A DNA stretch of 50,845 nt from Oscillibacter sp. (lineage in GTDB: Bacteria > Bacteroidota > Bacteroidia > Bacteroidales > Bacteroidaceae), in NCBI GenBank assembly GCA_963594595.1, contig CAVBFA010000002.1, positions 1 to 50,845 on the forward strand, in the 5' to 3' direction. Below the pieces are notes generated by a model. The model was not told the origin of the DNA and did no database searches. It worked only from the letters and a program-made list of their open reading frames with translations. The position numbers were made by a program, and so were the translations under genes. This document shows, piece by piece, positions 1 through 8,597 of this stretch (positions within the stretch are counted from its first letter, which is position 1; each line of letters begins with the position of its first letter).

Positions 1-57
1 TACCATTATTATTCAAATGCCTATAAGTCAAATATGACTCTGAAAGTTGTATCTTCA

Positions 58-147
58 TGTAGCATCATTGATTTTCAAGATATTGCATAGCTTTTATAGG
101 CATTGAAATATGTAGCCTACTTGTAGCGTCTTGTAGCACGATGTAGC
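58..147. repeat. Phased TGTAGC direct repeats (58, 111, 122, 132, 142)
   Basis: Five exact TGTAGC copies, four at 10-11 bp period; 11-bp inverted repeat AATGCCTATAA (16-26) / TTATAGGCATT (94-104) nearby. Confidence 0.7.
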
Positions 148-243
148 GTTATATCCTATTATTGGTACAAAATTAGTATAAAACCATTAGAATAAAGATA
201 AATTCCTCGTGTTTAACACTAACTTTGCACCAAAATACTGATG

Positions 244-639
244 TTAGAGGCTACAAACAAAGTCCTTTACCTTTGCTTGGTATTCTTCCTTGGTCATACC
301 TCCAGTCTCTATCATTGAGTCAAGTACATCGCCAAGCTCATCAAAAGCAATATCATGATGATATTCTTTTGTTGTTCCATCCTTTTCCCCATAGATACGG
401 TAGTAATCAGAGCCTTCATCCAAAGCAATATATACCTTGCCCTGAAATTGGAAACCATCCACCTGCATGACAAGAGCCGCCATAGTGAAGTCTTCGCCAT
501 TGACATTCTTGACAATTTGGGTAGCATACATCTTTGAGATGCCCCAACTATTGATAACGTCTATCGAGGTTGTGTGAAGCAATTGGGAGAAGATGGTGTT
601 CACAACGCTTCTTACATGTTCTCTGTCTAATGTTTTCAT
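244..639 (-). CDS. Hypothetical protein, paralog of 671-1072
   Basis: 131-aa ORF; shares SWG, ATQI, AAL, GF.xQG and LGxVLDxxIETGGM blocks with the adjacent ORF. Confidence 0.85.
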   Translation of the reverse strand: MKTLDREHVRSVVNTIFSQLLHTTSIDVINSWGISKMYATQIVKNVNGEDFTMAALVMQVDGFQFQGKVYIALDEGSDYYRIYGEKDGTTKEYHHDIAFDELGDVLDSMIETGGMTKEEYQAKVKDFVCSL

Positions 640-670
640 TCGTATAATCTTTTAAGTGGATATTCTTATA

Positions 671-1072
671 TTAAGCCAAAAGTCTCTTTGCATATTCACG
701 CAATCTTTGCAGGTGCTCCTGTTGGCTCATGCCGCCTGTCTCAATAACCGTATCGAGCACTTGCCCCAAGTCTTTATAGGCAATACTCTTCTTTTCCTCA
801 TGCAACATTCCGTTCTGTTCGCTATACAAGCCAAAGGCTTGCTTAACTCGGTTATTGGTTACATAGAGCCTGCCTTGGTAGCTGAAGCCATTAACATCCA
901 TCATCAAGGCAGCCACGTTTTTCTCCGTTCCATCAACCGTGATTTCTATTTGAGTTGCAACCTTGTTTGTTACTCCCCAACTATACACTACATTAAGAGG
1001 TGTGGTTAAAGCCAACTGCTGCAAGATGGTGCATGCAGCTCTTCCAATCTGTTTCTTACTTAATCTCTTCAT
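671..1072 (-). CDS. Hypothetical protein, paralog of 244-639
   Basis: 133-aa ORF, colinear similarity to neighbour, same strand, short spacer. Confidence 0.85.
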   Translation of the reverse strand: MKRLSKKQIGRAACTILQQLALTTPLNVVYSWGVTNKVATQIEITVDGTEKNVAALMMDVNGFSYQGRLYVTNNRVKQAFGLYSEQNGMLHEEKKSIAYKDLGQVLDTVIETGGMSQQEHLQRLREYAKRLLA

Positions 1073-1129
1073 ATTTCAAAGTGGTTATGCAAAGGGCAAA
1101 GCAGTGAACCTTATCCCTTGCGGTAAGTA

Positions 1130-1711
1130 CTAATCAAATTCAAATGGGTGTATATAATAATAGGTGTCCTCCGAGTCGTACTCGTATTCGTTGATGAAGT
1201 CCACCATTTCTTCCTCTGTCCGCTCGCCTTGGTTAATGCCGGTCTTCTCACACCATGCCTCAATAGCATCGCAGATGGTGTCATACTCATCTTCACAAAT
1301 ATCTTCAAAGTTGCCACCAGAAGAACTTACACAACACTCTTCGGGAAAGAAGTTTCCTTCATCGTGGACGTAAAATATCTCACATCCACATTCTATCTCA
1401 CGGTAACTTATAGAAAGTCCATTGCCAAGTACCTTATTCAATTCATCAAAGAACAGGTCGCAAGCCGACCATGCACTTTCGCTGTCGAATGATAACAGAC
1501 CTCTGTCCTCGTCATCCTCGAACTCTGCCCAGTAGATTTTTCCACGAACAGATATACCGCTATGCTCATAGTCAATGCCATAGTGCTCTGCCAACTTGTA
1601 AAGATAGACATCCTTACTATTCACTCCCATCATTTGAAGGGTGTTCCAAAGGTCGCTCAATGCCTTGCGTGAACCACTCACCTTGTACTGCGTATCACAA
1701 ATATTGCTCAT
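1130..1711 (-). CDS. Highly acidic hypothetical protein (possible YubB/DUF1281-like ferredoxin fold)
   Basis: 193-aa ORF rich in D/E; LSFDSESAWS resembles the F-x-T/S-x-W motif of YubB-like mobile-element proteins (weak). Confidence 0.8.
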   Translation of the reverse strand: MSNICDTQYKVSGSRKALSDLWNTLQMMGVNSKDVYLYKLAEHYGIDYEHSGISVRGKIYWAEFEDDEDRGLLSFDSESAWSACDLFFDELNKVLGNGLSISYREIECGCEIFYVHDEGNFFPEECCVSSSGGNFEDICEDEYDTICDAIEAWCEKTGINQGERTEEEMVDFINEYEYDSEDTYYYIHPFEFD

Positions 1712-1747
1712 ACTTCAAATTTTTTATTTTCCCTTTCGTAGAAAACT

Positions 1748-1930
1748 ACTTCCGGGATTTGTTAGAAATTATGTGCCTTAAAAAGGTGTTATGCACATCG
1801 ATGCAAGGTTTGGCACCAAAATACGACCCGTAGGCGTGGAGATTTTGGAAGCCAAGCAGGGCCTTGACCTTGCAAAGCGATAAGGCATAACAAATACCTT
1901 TGCACAATAATTTCAATAAATCTCGGAAGT
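1748..1930. promoter_or_regulatory. Long imperfect hairpin, candidate single-stranded-DNA (Frpo-like) promoter
   Basis: Arms pair over most of their length (ACTTCCGGGATTT/AAATCTCGGAAGT, TGCAAGGT/ACCTTGCA, CCAAAAT/ATTTTGG); consensus -7 TACCTTTG at 1895-1902 only on the distal arm. Confidence 0.7.
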
Positions 1931-2079
1931 TATATAATAAGATGGTGAGTGTTCTATGTTTATAATGTAACTTAGGACATTCTCTAAAAAAGTTAGCTGT
2001 AAAAGTGGTAACATACCACCATAAAAGGTGGTGCGACTTAATTTCAATTTTAATATAGATAGTAGTTGTTTGAGCAAAG

Positions 2080-2128
2080 AAATCCGCATACAGAGGCAGA
2101 CTTTATCTGTAACTGTATGCGGATTTTT
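2080..2128. terminator. Intrinsic terminator, probably bidirectional
   Basis: 14-bp stem AAATCCGCATACAG / CTGTATGCGGATTT with A- and T-rich flanks, downstream of the HNH gene. Confidence 0.8.
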
Positions 2129-2152
2129 ATTATATTGTTTGTGTGTGTGATT

Positions 2153-3037
2153 TTATCTCCACTTATAAGTAAAGAACCAATCAAAGTCCATTAGGAGATC
2201 CCAATAAGTACAATCTCCATCAGGAAACCCTGTGTACTTGTGGTATTCATTAGGAATGTTTTCAAAATTATTCAGATTGAAGATTTTCTTAAAGAATATG
2301 ATTCTGTCTTTTAACAGGTAACCTCTGACTGTTTCAATGTCAAGTTCTTGGTTGAATTCCCATATTTTATGCCATAAAATACGGATTTCCTTATAGGTGT
2401 CATCGTTAAGCGTTTGCAACATTTTCACCCATGATTCGTCTTTGGGGTATATTGCAACTGCACCGGAAATACCATCATAGACTATTCGCTCTTTCACCTC
2501 TGGCATAAGCATCAACGGTAACAAGTAGTCGTTGCTTCTTGCATTGTTGCAGCAACATCCACTGCTGACTTCTTCAAATTTTCCATAGCATGAGGCCAAC
2601 AGATTGGCAAGAGCAATACGGTGTGGAAATATTTTCACTCTTTCGATGTCTTGGACTGACTTGAAATTCCTTTTAGCAAAATCAGAGTCTAATTCCACAT
2701 TATCTGCTAACCATTTTGAGTTTTCTGTATATTTAGCGAACTCGTTGTGAGTGTCATTGGCTTTTAGGTTTCTGGGAATAACATGCTCTATGTTAAGTGC
2801 AGGGCTTTTGAGCCGCCTCATACAATAGCAACATCTGTCGTGTTGCTCTTGCAGAAGCAGGTTCTCCCAGCCAGCAATGCCCTTACGGTATTTCTTGGAT
2901 GAGAAATTACTATATGACTGATCTGAGTTTACACTTGGATAAAACGATTGTGTATCTTCGTTATAGCAGTCTTTTAGAAACTCTACATCCATTTTTTGCT
3001 CTTGCTCCAGGAATGGCCTTTTATCTATGAATTCCAT
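2153..3037 (-). CDS. ptuB: HNH endonuclease, PtuB/Septu-like
   Basis: LLQEQHDRCCYCMR, NIEHVIP, NLLASC, CCCNNAR motifs; overlaps the stop of the upstream ATPase. Confidence 0.75.
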   Translation of the reverse strand: MEFIDKRPFLEQEQKMDVEFLKDCYNEDTQSFYPSVNSDQSYSNFSSKKYRKGIAGWENLLLQEQHDRCCYCMRRLKSPALNIEHVIPRNLKANDTHNEFAKYTENSKWLADNVELDSDFAKRNFKSVQDIERVKIFPHRIALANLLASCYGKFEEVSSGCCCNNARSNDYLLPLMLMPEVKERIVYDGISGAVAIYPKDESWVKMLQTLNDDTYKEIRILWHKIWEFNQELDIETVRGYLLKDRIIFFKKIFNLNNFENIPNEYHKYTGFPDGDCTYWDLLMDFDWFFTYKWR

Positions 3038-4481
3038 ACTCCGCTGCCTTCTTTTTTATATTGTCCAGAACTTTAGCGTCTGTTCCGACAAGCTCTAATA
3101 TCTTATTGTAAATGGTTTGACTCTCTTCTTTCAAATCCATAGAAAGATAAGACAGATACAAGTCTTCCAAATTTTTTAGATTCTCATTTTTTGAAGGAGT
3201 CTCCATGAAATCTCTAAGAACAGCATTGTAATCAACTCCAATCAGATTTGGCAGTGCGTGAGGTTCTTCTTCTCCAGTATTCATTACAAGTATCTGATTG
3301 GCTTTTACGTTTGTACCATACATAACAGAAGTGTCCAAATTAGAGATTACAGCAACGGAATGCGTAGATACAAAGAATTGAATATTAGGGAATGTTGTAC
3401 AGAATGCATTTAATACAACCTGCTCCAATGCAGGATGCAAATGCAAGTCAATCTCGTCAATCACAACCACACCGTTTGATTCTATACCTTGATTGAGAAT
3501 ATATGAACGATATGCCATATCTATGACGATGGAGAACAAGCGTCTATAACCTGCTGGAAGGTCTTGAAGAAGACTCGTTTTACCATTTTTGAAATTAATT
3601 GTCAACTTATATCCCTCTTCAGATTGTGTCGCAAAGAAAAAGTCGATGTCATAACCATCAGACTGTACCTTTGGCAAATAAGATATGAATTTTGACAGCT
3701 TCTGCTGTATGTAGTCAACTTCATCGTGTAGCGGCACAAAAGTCTCGTTTAAACGCTTTTGATCTTCTACAAGTTTCTTGTACTCAGCATCTTCTTCAAG
3801 TTCTTTTTCATTCAGAACAGTTTCCTTTTCATGGATGGCTGATGCCAGTCTTGAAGCTGGGGTGTAAAGAGGTTGCATCTTAGCCAAGCAATTGCATAAC
3901 CTTGTTTCCCAAAGTGATGTGCATGCAGACTCTTCGTCCCACTGGTAATATCCAAAATTACGAGGTATCGAGTCTTGATTGATGACCTTCAATGTAGATT
4001 TTGTTATCTTGGAATATACATGAGGGTAAGAATCCGAATAATATGCCAACAAAGGCCATTGGCTATTAGGAGCTTTGGCAGAAGACATAAATGCCAGAAA
4101 GGCATCTTTGTATAATGAAGGATATAATGACGCCTTGGGGAAATTGCGCTTAAAGAGTGTCCAAGTCAAAACCTCACCATAGAAAAATCCATCAGCTTCT
4201 ATACTGGCTTCGTCTGCATATTCACGAGTTACTGCATCGAAATGAAAATCCGATGTATCATATCCTCTCACATTGAGAGTGTTGTTGCCAGCCGATAGAA
4301 AATCTGTCCCCAATGATTTATCATTAGAAAAGACAAAACTCAAGGCTTTAACCAAGGCGTGTATGAGTGTACTTTTACCTGTTCCGTTCCGGCCAATCAG
4401 CACATTCGCTTTAGGGCAGAATGTTGCCGAGTAACGATTGAAACATTTAAAGTTCTGTATCTTTATATGTTTAATATCCAT
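3021..4481 (-). CDS. ptuA: ABC/AAA-type ATPase, PtuA/Septu-like
   Basis: IQNFKCF start, Walker A GRNGTGKS, signature LPAGYR, Walker B/D-loop VVIDEIDLHLHP, H-loop STHS. Confidence 0.8.
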   Translation of the reverse strand: MDIKHIKIQNFKCFNRYSATFCPKANVLIGRNGTGKSTLIHALVKALSFVFSNDKSLGTDFLSAGNNTLNVRGYDTSDFHFDAVTREYADEASIEADGFFYGEVLTWTLFKRNFPKASLYPSLYKDAFLAFMSSAKAPNSQWPLLAYYSDSYPHVYSKITKSTLKVINQDSIPRNFGYYQWDEESACTSLWETRLCNCLAKMQPLYTPASRLASAIHEKETVLNEKELEEDAEYKKLVEDQKRLNETFVPLHDEVDYIQQKLSKFISYLPKVQSDGYDIDFFFATQSEEGYKLTINFKNGKTSLLQDLPAGYRRLFSIVIDMAYRSYILNQGIESNGVVVIDEIDLHLHPALEQVVLNAFCTTFPNIQFFVSTHSVAVISNLDTSVMYGTNVKANQILVMNTGEEEPHALPNLIGVDYNAVLRDFMETPSKNENLKNLEDLYLSYLSMDLKEESQTIYNKILELVGTDAKVLDNIKKKAAEYGIHR

Positions 4482-4500
4482 AGCCTACAACTTAAATATA

Positions 4501-4917
4501 TTATTGTTTGACCTCATTTATGGTCAATGTCTTAACTTGTATTTTCAGATTTTCAATCAAGTCATTCTTTGTGTTAAGAGTTTCCTCCTTTGCTTTCAAT
4601 GTCTCTCTAAGTCCCGATATTTCACGTCTCAAAGACTCATTCTCTATCATCAGATTGGTATTTACAGACACGTTACCAACATTATTGTTATTACCATTGA
4701 CATTGTTTGCCCTAAACGAACTTCCAACGCGAAAGTAATCCAACGGCATATGAAAGAAATCGGCCAGCACCTCCAATTTAGAGAGGCTAATATCTTTAGT
4801 ACGTCGGAAATAGCTCATTGTCTGTTTGCTTTTCTTGAATAGCAAGCTAATTAAATCCTGCTGTTGCTCCTTTGTCAAACCTGCATACAGGTTATCTATT
4901 AAATCTAAATTCAACAT
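4501..4917 (-). CDS. XRE-family HTH repressor with C-terminal coiled coil
   Basis: ISLSKLEVLADFFHMPLDYF is a typical XRE C-terminal helix motif; Asn/Gly linker then heptad-rich tail; divergent from a small HTH gene. Confidence 0.8.
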   Translation of the reverse strand: MLNLDLIDNLYAGLTKEQQQDLISLLFKKSKQTMSYFRRTKDISLSKLEVLADFFHMPLDYFRVGSSFRANNVNGNNNNVGNVSVNTNLMIENESLRREISGLRETLKAKEETLNTKNDLIENLKIQVKTLTINEVKQ

Positions 4918-4964
4918 AATGCTATATAATATTATAGTGGTGTTGTATTAATTTGTACTAATAC

Positions 4965-4980
4965 GCCCAATATATTGAGC
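4965..4980. promoter_or_regulatory. Palindromic operator-like site GCCCAATATATTGAGC
   Basis: 15/16 match to palindrome GCTCAATATATTGAGC that recurs in other intergenic regions. Confidence 0.65.
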
Positions 4981-4987
4981 AATACAC

Positions 4988-5030
4988 TTTGTTTTCTCCA
5001 ATGTTTGTACTACTTTTGCATGCAAATATA
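4988..5030. promoter_or_regulatory. Overlapping divergent Bacteroidota sigma-A promoters
   Basis: + strand TTTG (4988-4991), 19-nt spacer, TACTTTTG (5011-5018); - strand TATATTTG (5023-5030). Confidence 0.75.
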
Positions 5031-5091
5031 ATCAAAACCTCAGATAAACAATCAGAGAATAGTAATTATTTTGCGATAAAATATTAAGCAA

Positions 5092-5313
5092 ATGACACAA
5101 AAGGAAATTGCAGACTATTATAGTAGGCTATCGAACGGTGAGAAAGGGCGTTTTACCGCTTTCCTTAGTATGACACTCGGTGGCTCTCCTCACACTTGGC
5201 AGCAAAAGATATTGGGATGGACTCGCAATATAATAGGCAGACCCATATCACCTGTTGTAGAAAAGGAACTAACTTCAATTATCGAGAAAGACAAATGGAG
5301 GATGTCGTATTAA
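5092..5313 (+). CDS. Small Cro-like/HTH DNA-binding protein (putative)
   Basis: 73-aa ORF first in the rightward transcript, divergent from XRE gene; flanked by identical TAAAATATTAAGCA at 5077-5090 and 5311-5324. Confidence 0.7.
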   Translation: MTQKEIADYYSRLSNGEKGRFTAFLSMTLGGSPHTWQQKILGWTRNIIGRPISPVVEKELTSIIEKDKWRMSY

Positions 5314-5336
5314 AATATTAAGCATCGACGTATATA

Positions 5337-8300
5337 ATGAAGCGAATAAAGGACAAATACATAGACATTGTAAAATCACGAGTTGATATTTGCCAGCTCG
5401 TGGTAGACCTCTGTCCTGGCACGGTGTTAAAGTCGTCTGGACCACATAGAAAGAAATGCTGTTGTGTCTTTCATCAAGAGGAGACCCCCTCATTGATGTT
5501 GGACACCACAATGAACCGTTACAAATGCTACGGATGTGGGAAAAGCGGCGATGTCATTTCTTTTGTAGAGGAGTGCCAAGGCGTTGGATTCATTGATGCT
5601 ATCCGATGCCTTTTGGATATGTACTGTCCCGATGTCGATACACATGATCTTTTTGACCAAAGCACGACCCCAGAACAGGAGGAGCGTGACAGAAAAGCAG
5701 ATACCATGTATATCTATAACCAGTACGCCCAAGAGTTCTTTCGAGCACAGTACGAAGCAGACAATGATGAAGCAGCTGCGTGTCGTAGATACGCCGAAAA
5801 AACGAATGGCTCAACAAGTGGACGATGGGATAAGGATTTCTGCCGAACATTCGGTCTTGGCTACAGTCCAGCAAGAGGGAACAAATTTCTTCAATATGCA
5901 AAGGATAAGGGACTAAATCTGCAAATACTGGTTGAGATCGGTTTGCTCGGAGAGGATGACAGTCGCCCAGGTAACTACTACGACTTCTACCGTGGGCGCT
6001 TGATGATACCGCAGCGTGATAGATATGGCAGAGTACAGACCTTCACGGCAAGAAGCATCAATCCACAGGCGGCTGTCAAATACCTCAATGGATGCGACAG
6101 CCTTATATACCGAAAGAGCACATCCATTTTTGGCATTGATATAGCCATGAAAGCTGCGCGTCAATCGGGTAAGGTGTATCTTGTAGAGGGCGCACCGGAT
6201 GTTATGCGTCTTCAATCATTGGGTATAGCCAATGTGATAGCCTCACTCGGAGGCAGTTGGTCAAAGGAACAACTTGGATATTTCAGCAAGTTCAGTTGTA
6301 GTCTGTGCTTCATCCCTGACAGCGATAAGCCCAAGGATGGTGAGAAATTTGGAGCTGGAGAAAAGTTCGTGTTTGCCAATGGCAGACTGGCAACAGAGAT
6401 GGGTTTTCAAGTCTCAGTGCGTGAAATACCCAAAGAAGGTAACGCCAAGCAAGACGCAGACTCGTACATCACCTGTCTTGAACGTTGGGAAGGTCTGACA
6501 GAAAAGGACTTCATACTTTGGTATGCCGACAAACACTACGATACAGAAAGCACCAACGATGACCAGCTGAAAGTTATCAGCGATGTATGCGACCTACTTG
6601 TCAACATACAATCGGAGGTGCTTCAAGCTTCTCTGTTGACGGATCTGAAAGACAAATACCGTAAAGCCTCTGTTTGGAAAGGCGCTTTAGCAGACGCTGC
6701 AAGAAGACGGCAGGAGCAGAAACGGAGACAAGCCATCAAAAAGTCAGATGAGCTTGAAGGCTATCGTTTCTACAGAAAGGGCTATCACTATTACGACCTT
6801 GACCCACAAGGACGTGAAAGAGCTTGGACGAACTTCATCATTCGCCCATTGTTCCTCATTGCTGATGACAACAAGCCAAGCCGTATCTTTGAATTGGAAA
6901 ACGAAAACCGCATCAAACGAACCATAGAGCTACAGCAAGCCGACGTGACAAAGCTTGACCGCTTCAAAGAGAAAATCGAAGGCAAGGGCGACTTCCGCTT
7001 CTTCGAGAAACAGGAAAAATACGAGTTATTGAAAGCATACATCTACGGCAAGACAGAAGAAGCACAGCGAGTACCGCAATTGGGGTGGAACAATATAGGT
7101 GAGAGAGGCTTTTATGCTTTTACCAATGGTATTGTATATGAAGGAAAGTGGAAGCCTGTCGATGACTATGGCATCATCAGACTGGACAACGAGAACTTCT
7201 ACCTGCCGGCTCTTTCGAAGATACACAAGCACAACAAGAATGCCTATGTCAATGAGAGGCGTTTTATCCATGCGCCTAAGCGTGAGGTCTCTACCCAAGA
7301 ATACTTTGCGCTGCTTCATGAGTTATATGGAAACAATGGAATTGCGGCCATCTGCTTTTATCTTGCCACATTGTTTAGGGATATCATCACTGATACGACA
7401 CGCTCGTTTCCTATACTGAACATCTACGGCAAGAAAGGCACTGGAAAGACAGAATTTGCACTGTCGCTCATCAATCTGTTCCAGAGAAATCCAGAAGTCA
7501 GCAATTTGGACAGCACCACCTATTATGCTATGGGTGACAAATGCGCTGAAGTCAGCAATATGCTCGTTCATTTTGATGAATACAAAAACTCGTTGAGCAA
7601 GAAGCATATAGACTTTCTGAAAGGCATCTATGACAATGCCGGACGCTCGAAAAGGTCAGCAGACGGGGAGCGAAGGGAGTCCACGAATGTAGACTGTGGT
7701 GTTGTGCTCACCGGGCAAGAGATGCCAACGGCAGATATAGCCCTGTTTTCAAGAGTTATCTTCTTGGAGTCTCAGAGAAGTGAGCGAACAAAGGAAGAAA
7801 CTGACAAGTACCAGACATTCATGAAATTGCGCAATATGTGTCCGACCAATATAACAGTCAGTCTGATGCGTTATCGTGACAACTTTAACGCCGGATGGTT
7901 CAACGCATGGAAAAGAGCCTTGGGTGAGATAAAGAGCGAGGTGGATTACAGTACCATAGGAGAACGCTTCATCAATAACTGGGCAATGATGTTGGCGACA
8001 TACTATTGTCTGCATCCCATAGCGGAAGAACTTCCCTTTTCCGAGAAAGAAGTGCATGACATTTGCATTGAGGGACTGAAGTACCAACATTCATTGTGCA
8101 ACAGCACGGACGAGATAGCAGTATTCTGGTCGATGTTCTCCAAGGCAAGACAACTTGGAGACATAAGGGAAGGACAGGACTACAAGGTTTGCCTAATGAA
8201 TACGTTGAAAGTGACAGCAAAAGGCAAGCAGCGCAAGGTGGTAGACTTTGAAACGGACAGATACGTCCTCTTTATAAGGGAGAAAATCTGTATTGCTAAG

Positions 8301-8591
8301 GCAAACATACAAGCAAGAAGAGAAGGCAAAGTTCTTATACCAGACGAGTCGTTGCTCTCTTACCTTGTATCGACCCCGGACTACTACGGAAAAACTAACT
8401 CTCCGTTAAAGTTCTATATCCTTGACGAGAATGGAAAGCCGACAAGAAAAGCCAATGATTCAGGAAGTGCATCGCTTGTGTTTGACCAAGAACGTGCGCT
8501 TGCGTTTGACTACCAGTCCATTTGTGGAAATTACGACATCAACCTTGTCACGGTCTCTGAACCGGAAAAAGATAAGTTCAATAACGAATAG
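5337..8591 (+). CDS. DnaG-like primase (CHC2 Zn finger + Toprim) fused to C-terminal P-loop helicase-like domain
   Basis: CVFHQEETPS...CYGCG, FYRGRLMIP, KYLN, VEGAPDV, PDSD; Walker A GKKGTGKT and VHFDEY. Confidence 0.9.
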   Translation: MKRIKDKYIDIVKSRVDICQLVVDLCPGTVLKSSGPHRKKCCCVFHQEETPSLMLDTTMNRYKCYGCGKSGDVISFVEECQGVGFIDAIRCLLDMYCPDVDTHDLFDQSTTPEQEERDRKADTMYIYNQYAQEFFRAQYEADNDEAAACRRYAEKTNGSTSGRWDKDFCRTFGLGYSPARGNKFLQYAKDKGLNLQILVEIGLLGEDDSRPGNYYDFYRGRLMIPQRDRYGRVQTFTARSINPQAAVKYLNGCDSLIYRKSTSIFGIDIAMKAARQSGKVYLVEGAPDVMRLQSLGIANVIASLGGSWSKEQLGYFSKFSCSLCFIPDSDKPKDGEKFGAGEKFVFANGRLATEMGFQVSVREIPKEGNAKQDADSYITCLERWEGLTEKDFILWYADKHYDTESTNDDQLKVISDVCDLLVNIQSEVLQASLLTDLKDKYRKASVWKGALADAARRRQEQKRRQAIKKSDELEGYRFYRKGYHYYDLDPQGRERAWTNFIIRPLFLIADDNKPSRIFELENENRIKRTIELQQADVTKLDRFKEKIEGKGDFRFFEKQEKYELLKAYIYGKTEEAQRVPQLGWNNIGERGFYAFTNGIVYEGKWKPVDDYGIIRLDNENFYLPALSKIHKHNKNAYVNERRFIHAPKREVSTQEYFALLHELYGNNGIAAICFYLATLFRDIITDTTRSFPILNIYGKKGTGKTEFALSLINLFQRNPEVSNLDSTTYYAMGDKCAEVSNMLVHFDEYKNSLSKKHIDFLKGIYDNAGRSKRSADGERRESTNVDCGVVLTGQEMPTADIALFSRVIFLESQRSERTKEETDKYQTFMKLRNMCPTNITVSLMRYRDNFNAGWFNAWKRALGEIKSEVDYSTIGERFINNWAMMLATYYCLHPIAEELPFSEKEVHDICIEGLKYQHSLCNSTDEIAVFWSMFSKARQLGDIREGQDYKVCLMNTLKVTAKGKQRKVVDFETDRYVLFIREKICIAKANIQARREGKVLIPDESLLSYLVSTPDYYGKTNSPLKFYILDENGKPTRKANDSGSASLVFDQERALAFDYQSICGNYDINLVTVSEPEKDKFNNE

Positions 8592-8597
8592 AACGAT

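Noticed and set aside
58..150. CRISPR array
   Set aside because: Repeat units are 6 bp with 4-5 bp gaps, far too short; no cas genes.
3021..3050. ATPase ends in GIHR, like the putative translocation tails
   Set aside because: These codons overlap the HNH start and lack a Gln/Glu-rich unstructured tail; likely coincidence.
2153..4481. Retron type I-A (PtuAB effector)
   Set aside because: No reverse transcriptase (no YADD-type ORF) or msr-msd recognised in the window; treated as standalone Septu-like.
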